The notes under the pieces were generated by a model. It had not been told where the DNA came from and did not search any database. It worked only from the letters and a program-made list of their open reading frames with translations. The position numbers and the translations under genes are program-made. A DNA stretch of 64,000 bases, from assembly GCF_009914755.1 (NCBI RefSeq), contig NC_060938.1. One strand, 5' to 3'. Positions 43,863 through 64,000 of the stretch are shown piece by piece. Source of the DNA: the human T2T-CHM13v2.0 reference genome, Homo sapiens. The first letter of the stretch is position 1. Each line of letters starts with the position of its first letter.

Positions 43863-45154
43863 TAAGTGCTGGGATTACAGGCATGAGCCACTGCACCCAG
43901 CCCTGTATACACATTTCAATACATCATGTAATATATATATATAATTTATATTAATTAAAAAAATAAGAAAATCGAAAAGAACCACTGTAAAAAAGAAAAA
44001 AGATTATGACTTTTGAATTTCTCCCTTCAAAGTGACATACACATTTAGAGAGACTAAGAGCTTCTTCTGAATTTGGGAGGTAGAGTGACATACATTTTTT
44101 TTTTATTATACTTTAAGTTCTGGGGTACATGTGCAAAACGTGCAGGTTTGTTACGTAGGTATACATGTGCCATAGTGGTTTGCTGCACCCATCAACCCGT
44201 CATCTACATTAGGTATTTCTCCTAATGCTATCCCTCCCCTAGCCCCCCACCCCCCGACAGGCTCCAGTGTGTGATGTTCCCCTCCCTGTGTCCATGTGTT
44301 CTCATTGTTCAATTCCCACTTCTGAGTGAGAACATGCAGTGTTTGGTTTTCTGTCCTTGTGTTAGTTTGCTGAGAATGTTGGTTTCCAGCTTCATCCATG
44401 TCCCTGCAAAGGACATGAATGCATCCCTTTTTATAGCTGCATAGTATTCCATGGTGTGTATGTGCCACACTTTCTTTATCCAGTCTATAATTGATGGGCA
44501 TTTGGGTTGGTTCCAATCTTTGCTATTGTGAATAGTGCCGCAATAAACATACGTGTGTATGAGACTTTATAGTAGAATGATTTATCATCCTTTGGGTATA
44601 TACCCTGTAATGGGATTTCTGGGTCAAATGGTATTTCTGGTCTACATCCTTGAGGAATCGCCACACTGTCTTCCACAATGGTTGAACTAATTTACACTCC
44701 CACCAACAGAGTAAAAGTGTTCCTATTTCTCCACATCCTGTCCAGCATCTGCTGTTTCCTGACTTTTTAATGATCGCCATTCTAACTGGTGTGAGATGGT
44801 ATCTCATTGTGGTTTTGATTTGCATTTCTCTGATGGCCAGTGATGATGAGCATTTTTTCATGTGTTTCTTGACTGCATAAATGTCTTCTTTTGAGAAGTA
44901 TCTGTTCATATCCTTTGCCCACTTTTTGATGGGGTTGTTTGATTTTTTCTTGTAAATTTGTTTAAGTTCTTTGTAGATTCTGGATAGTAACACTTTGTCA
45001 AATGGATAGATTGCAAAAATTTTCTCCCATTCTGTAAGTTACCTGTTCACTCTGATGACAGTTTCTTTTGCTTTGCAGAAGCTCTTTAGTTTAATTAGAT
45101 CCCATTTGTCAATTTTGGCTTTTGTTGCCATTGCTTTTGGTGTTTTAGTCATGA

Positions 45155-45520
<366 letters not shown>

Positions 45521-46272
45521 GGTTTTAGGTCTTACGTTTAAGACTTTAATCCATCCTGAGTTAATTTTTGTTTAAGGTTTAAGGAAGGGGTCCAGTTTCA
45601 GTTTTTTGTGTATGGCTAGCCAGTTTTCCCAGCACCATTTATTAAATAAGGAATCATTTCCCCAATGCTTGTTTTTGTCAGGTTTGTCAAAGATCAGATG
45701 GTTGTAGATGTGTGGTGTTATTTCTGAGGGCTCTGTTCTGTTCCATTGATCTATATATCTGTTTTGGTACCAGTACCATGCTGTTTTGTTTACTGTAGTC
45801 TTGTAATATAACTTGAAGTCAGGTAGCGTGATGCCTCCAGCTTTGTTTTTTTGCTTAGGATTTTCTTGGCTATACAGTCTCTTTTTTTTTTGGTTCAATA
45901 TGAAATTTAAAGTAGTTTTTTCTAATTCTGTGAAGAAAGTCAGTGGTAGCTTGATGGGGATAGCATTGAATCTATAAATTACTTTTGGCAGTATGGCCAG
46001 TTTCACAACATCAATTCTTCCTATCCATGAGCATGGAATGTTTTTCCATTTGTTTGTGTCCTCTCTTATTTCCTTGAGTAGTGGTTTGTAGTTCTCCCCC
46101 TTGTAAGTTGTATTCCTAGGTATTTTATTCTCTTTGTAGCAGTTGTGAATGGGAGTTCACTCATGATTTGGCTCTCTGTTTATTATTGGTGTATAGGAAT
46201 GCTTGTGATTTTTGCACATTGATTTTGCATCCTGAGACTGCTGAAGTCGCTTATCAGCTTAAGGAGATTTCA

Positions 46273-47037
<765 letters not shown>

Positions 47038-47068
47038 TCAATTTCAGAACTTGTTATTCGTCTATTCA

Positions 47069-47353
<285 letters not shown>

Positions 47354-47356
47354 TCA

Positions 47357-48078
<722 letters not shown>

Positions 48079-48336
48079 CTAGTTCTTTTAATTGTGATGT
48101 TAGGGTGTCGATTTCAGATCTTTCCTGCTTTCTCTTGTGGGCATTTAATGCTATAAATTTCCCTCTAAACACTGCTTTAGATGTGTCCCAGAGATTCTGG
48201 TACATTGTGTCTTTGTTCTCATTGGTTTCAAAGAACTTACTTATTTCTGCCTTAATTTCGTTATTTACCCAGTACTCATTCAGGAGCAGGTTGTTCAGTT
48301 TCCATGTAGTTGTGTGGTTTTGAGTGAGTTTCTTAA

Positions 48337-48940
<604 letters not shown>

Positions 48941-49399
48941 GAGTGACATACATTTTTAGCTCTACTAAGAAAGAGTTCAAGCTAAGAGTCTTTGATCTTC
49001 TAGGATTTCTAACACATGTGAACTCTACATGCTTTCTGTAATTCTACCAGATGTAGCCAAATTGTTCATAGTGAGTCCATCAACTTATAACTAGCTTTAG
49101 TTACAGATCTCTTGCCTTCTACTATTATACAGGGTGGATTTTCAGATGCGGATGTTCTTTTGATTTGTGGTTTGCCCATTTCCTTCCAAGAAGTTGTCAA
49201 AAATGGCCTGGACTGGTGGAACCTTTACCATAGTTTATGCTGAGATAGCATTATTATGCCAGTTAAACAAATGCAATACTTTGAAGACTCTGACCTAGTT
49301 AGTTTAGACTTTAGAGTGAAAAAACCTGAAATGAAATAGAGGAAGAGTATTAAGGTAGAAGCATATAGCTTGGGGGAAAATATATCTATTTTTTCATTT

Positions 49400-59200
<9,801 letters not shown>

Positions 59201-59899
59201 TATAAAATTAAAATTTTATTTAAAAAAAGAATATTAAGTAATCAGATAAATTACTATTAAAATGTAATTGTATTTTCAGAATTGTCTTGGTATTTAAATG
59301 TTATTAATTTCCAAGAAATTTAGTTATGGCATATAAAATTTATACACATTTACCAAAAGTTACAGTTATATTCATGTGAAGAATCTAGAAAATTGATAAT
59401 CTCAAACTATATGAGAAAGACAGGTAAACTTCCAAGTAAATTAATTAAATAATAATGCAGTACCCTCAGGATTTTAAGGAAATAGAGGGAAGGTTCTCTC
59501 CCGCCTACCAAAAAGTCCTAGAGAATAGGGAAGACACCTGCCTTTTGCATCCTAAAAAGGAAAAGTATGCTACAAAACTGAAGCCCCTGTATGTCTTCCA
59601 TACCTAAGAAATAGCTCCTTTTATGTGTATATATGCATAAAAACTTTAATTAATTATTTCCAGATTCTCAACTAGGTGAGTGTATTCCAAACTTTCTCTC
59701 CTCTTTTTAATGAGAATCCATGCACATCATGTTACTGTTTTTGATGAAATGAAATGGATCTTACTCCTCAAGGGTTTCGGCAGAAAAAGCAGCAAATTAC
59801 TGCTATAGAGACTCAGGTACAACAAAAAGTTGGTTCCTATGGTCTGTTTTTATCACGAGCAAAAGTCCAAAGCTGATTGTAAAAATTAGAGAATTCCAG

Positions 59900-60677
59900 A
59901 TTATTTGAAAAAATGTTATTTTATTTGTACAGTTAAAAAGTTATACATAGAAACTTATAATACAGTTCTGTAAAGCTGAAAGAACTGTCAGGAAAAAGGG
60001 AGGGTGTTACTTTTTTTGATTGATCATTAAGGAAGTTAGAGGAATAAAAACACAGTAAAAGGTTTAAAACATTAAGGAACATTTTTCAGGTATAAATTTT
60101 ATAAATACAAAACAAATTCACAAATTACTCTCAATACTAAATAAATATCTAGTTAATAAACTTGGACTTAATACCTGCAGCCAGCACTGGTACAGCACTT
60201 CAAGGTTATAAGATTGGATTCATTCATGTGTAGTGTTGAAAGAATGTACTCAAACAATTAATTAAGACATAAACACCTTTTCTAAACTGTGCTATAGCGG
60301 AAGACTCATCCATGTAGATAACTCTCCCTTAATACCACCACTTTAAAAAAAAATCATCAATAACAAAATAAATCGTGGGTGAAAAAATATTTTCCAAGAT
60401 CTCTGGACACATGAATGATCTCAAAAATGTACAAAAACCTCTGTAAACCAGTACTGTATCCAATACATCTATCAAACTTATTAGATACTGAACAAAACTG
60501 TAGCAAAGGATATCTTTCCTACATTCTCCTGAGTGCTTAATATTAAAATTGAGAATATAGTGCAGGCCACACTTTCATGTGGTCAATCAATTGTTATTGC
60601 TTTATACAGCATGATTTAATGTTCCATTTTCATGAACAATTTGTTTTTCTTCAAATATATCCTTTAGAAGGACAAAG
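59900..60677 (-). other. BAZ1A: BAZ1A 3'UTR with polyA signal AATAAA (59920-59925)
   Basis: Repeat-free AU-rich tract after the stop; plus-strand TTTATT at 59920-59925. Confidence 0.8.
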
Positions 60678-60874
60678 TCAGATTCGTGACTTTTTCGCAG
60701 CCGGTGGTGTGCTAACTTGGTCCACATTACTGGGTGTGACGTGGAGTCCAAGCTTTTGAGCCTGAATATGAAAAAATGCTTGAAGCCTAGTTCCAGCTTT
60801 TGCTTCACTTGTGTTACGAGGGTTGTATTCAAAGCAGTTCGAAAACATTAACTCAATGTCATCAATAAACTCAG
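60678..60874 (-). CDS. BAZ1A: BAZ1A (ACF1) last coding exon: bromodomain C-terminal half and C-terminus
   Basis: ttctAG|CT GAG TTT ATT... translates (S)EFIDDIELMFSNCFEYNPRNTSEAKAGTRLQAFFHIQAQKLGLHVTPSNVDQVSTPPAAKKSRI*; TGA at 60678-60680. Absent from the ORF track in this frame. Confidence 0.97.
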
Positions 60875-61006
60875 CTAGAAAGGGAAAGAGACAAAAAGAT
60901 TAGAATGAAAGTACATAAATTATAATAAATATAATTCTTGTATCATATCTGGAAATTTTATTAAGAAAATGGAAGCCCACTTTTTTCTTTAGAAAGAGAA
61001 GACTCT

Positions 61007-63934
<2,928 letters not shown>

Positions 63935-64000
63935 CAGAATAACTTTTATATCAGTGTTTCTCAAAATGTGCTCTCTGGGCCAGGACCATCAGCATCATCT

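Noticed and set aside
44031-44060. Third AGTGACATAC-like copy near the L1 TSD
   Set aside because: Diverged (ATACACATTT) and ~50 bp outside the insertion; looks like an older local duplication, not part of the TSD.

Overview
Primate (almost certainly human) genomic DNA, recognisable as the CFL2 / BAZ1A interval (14q13). There are two real genes, both on the minus strand. CFL2 (cofilin-2) is complete: 166 aa, two alternative ATG-only first exons, a CpG-island promoter and a multi-polyA 3'UTR. BAZ1A is represented by its last two bromodomain exons and 3'UTR. The rest is dominated by transposons: about 70 Alu segments, old L1/L2/MIR, MaLR/ERV1 solo LTRs and a Tigger2a. Two retrotransposition structures stand out. 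(1) A 3.1-kb human-specific SVA_F1 insertion (8377-11521) has a perfect 16-bp TSD, a spliced-in MAST2 exon 1 at its 5' end giving an intact MAST2-SVA chimeric ORF, and a 3' transduction of an Alu plus 82 bp of unique DNA. (2) A 4.9-kb nested composite (44083-48957) is bounded by one 17-bp TSD. It holds a 5'-inverted L1PA whose inverted piece is the extreme L1 5' end, a TSD-less Alu, an internal Alu and a full-length RPL12 retrocopy. I found no convincing evidence of a wholly new gene or biological system. Nearly all ORF-track entries are Alu, SVA-VNTR, L1 or microsatellite artefacts. Subfamily calls are by eye, and repeat boundaries are approximate unless a TSD is quoted.
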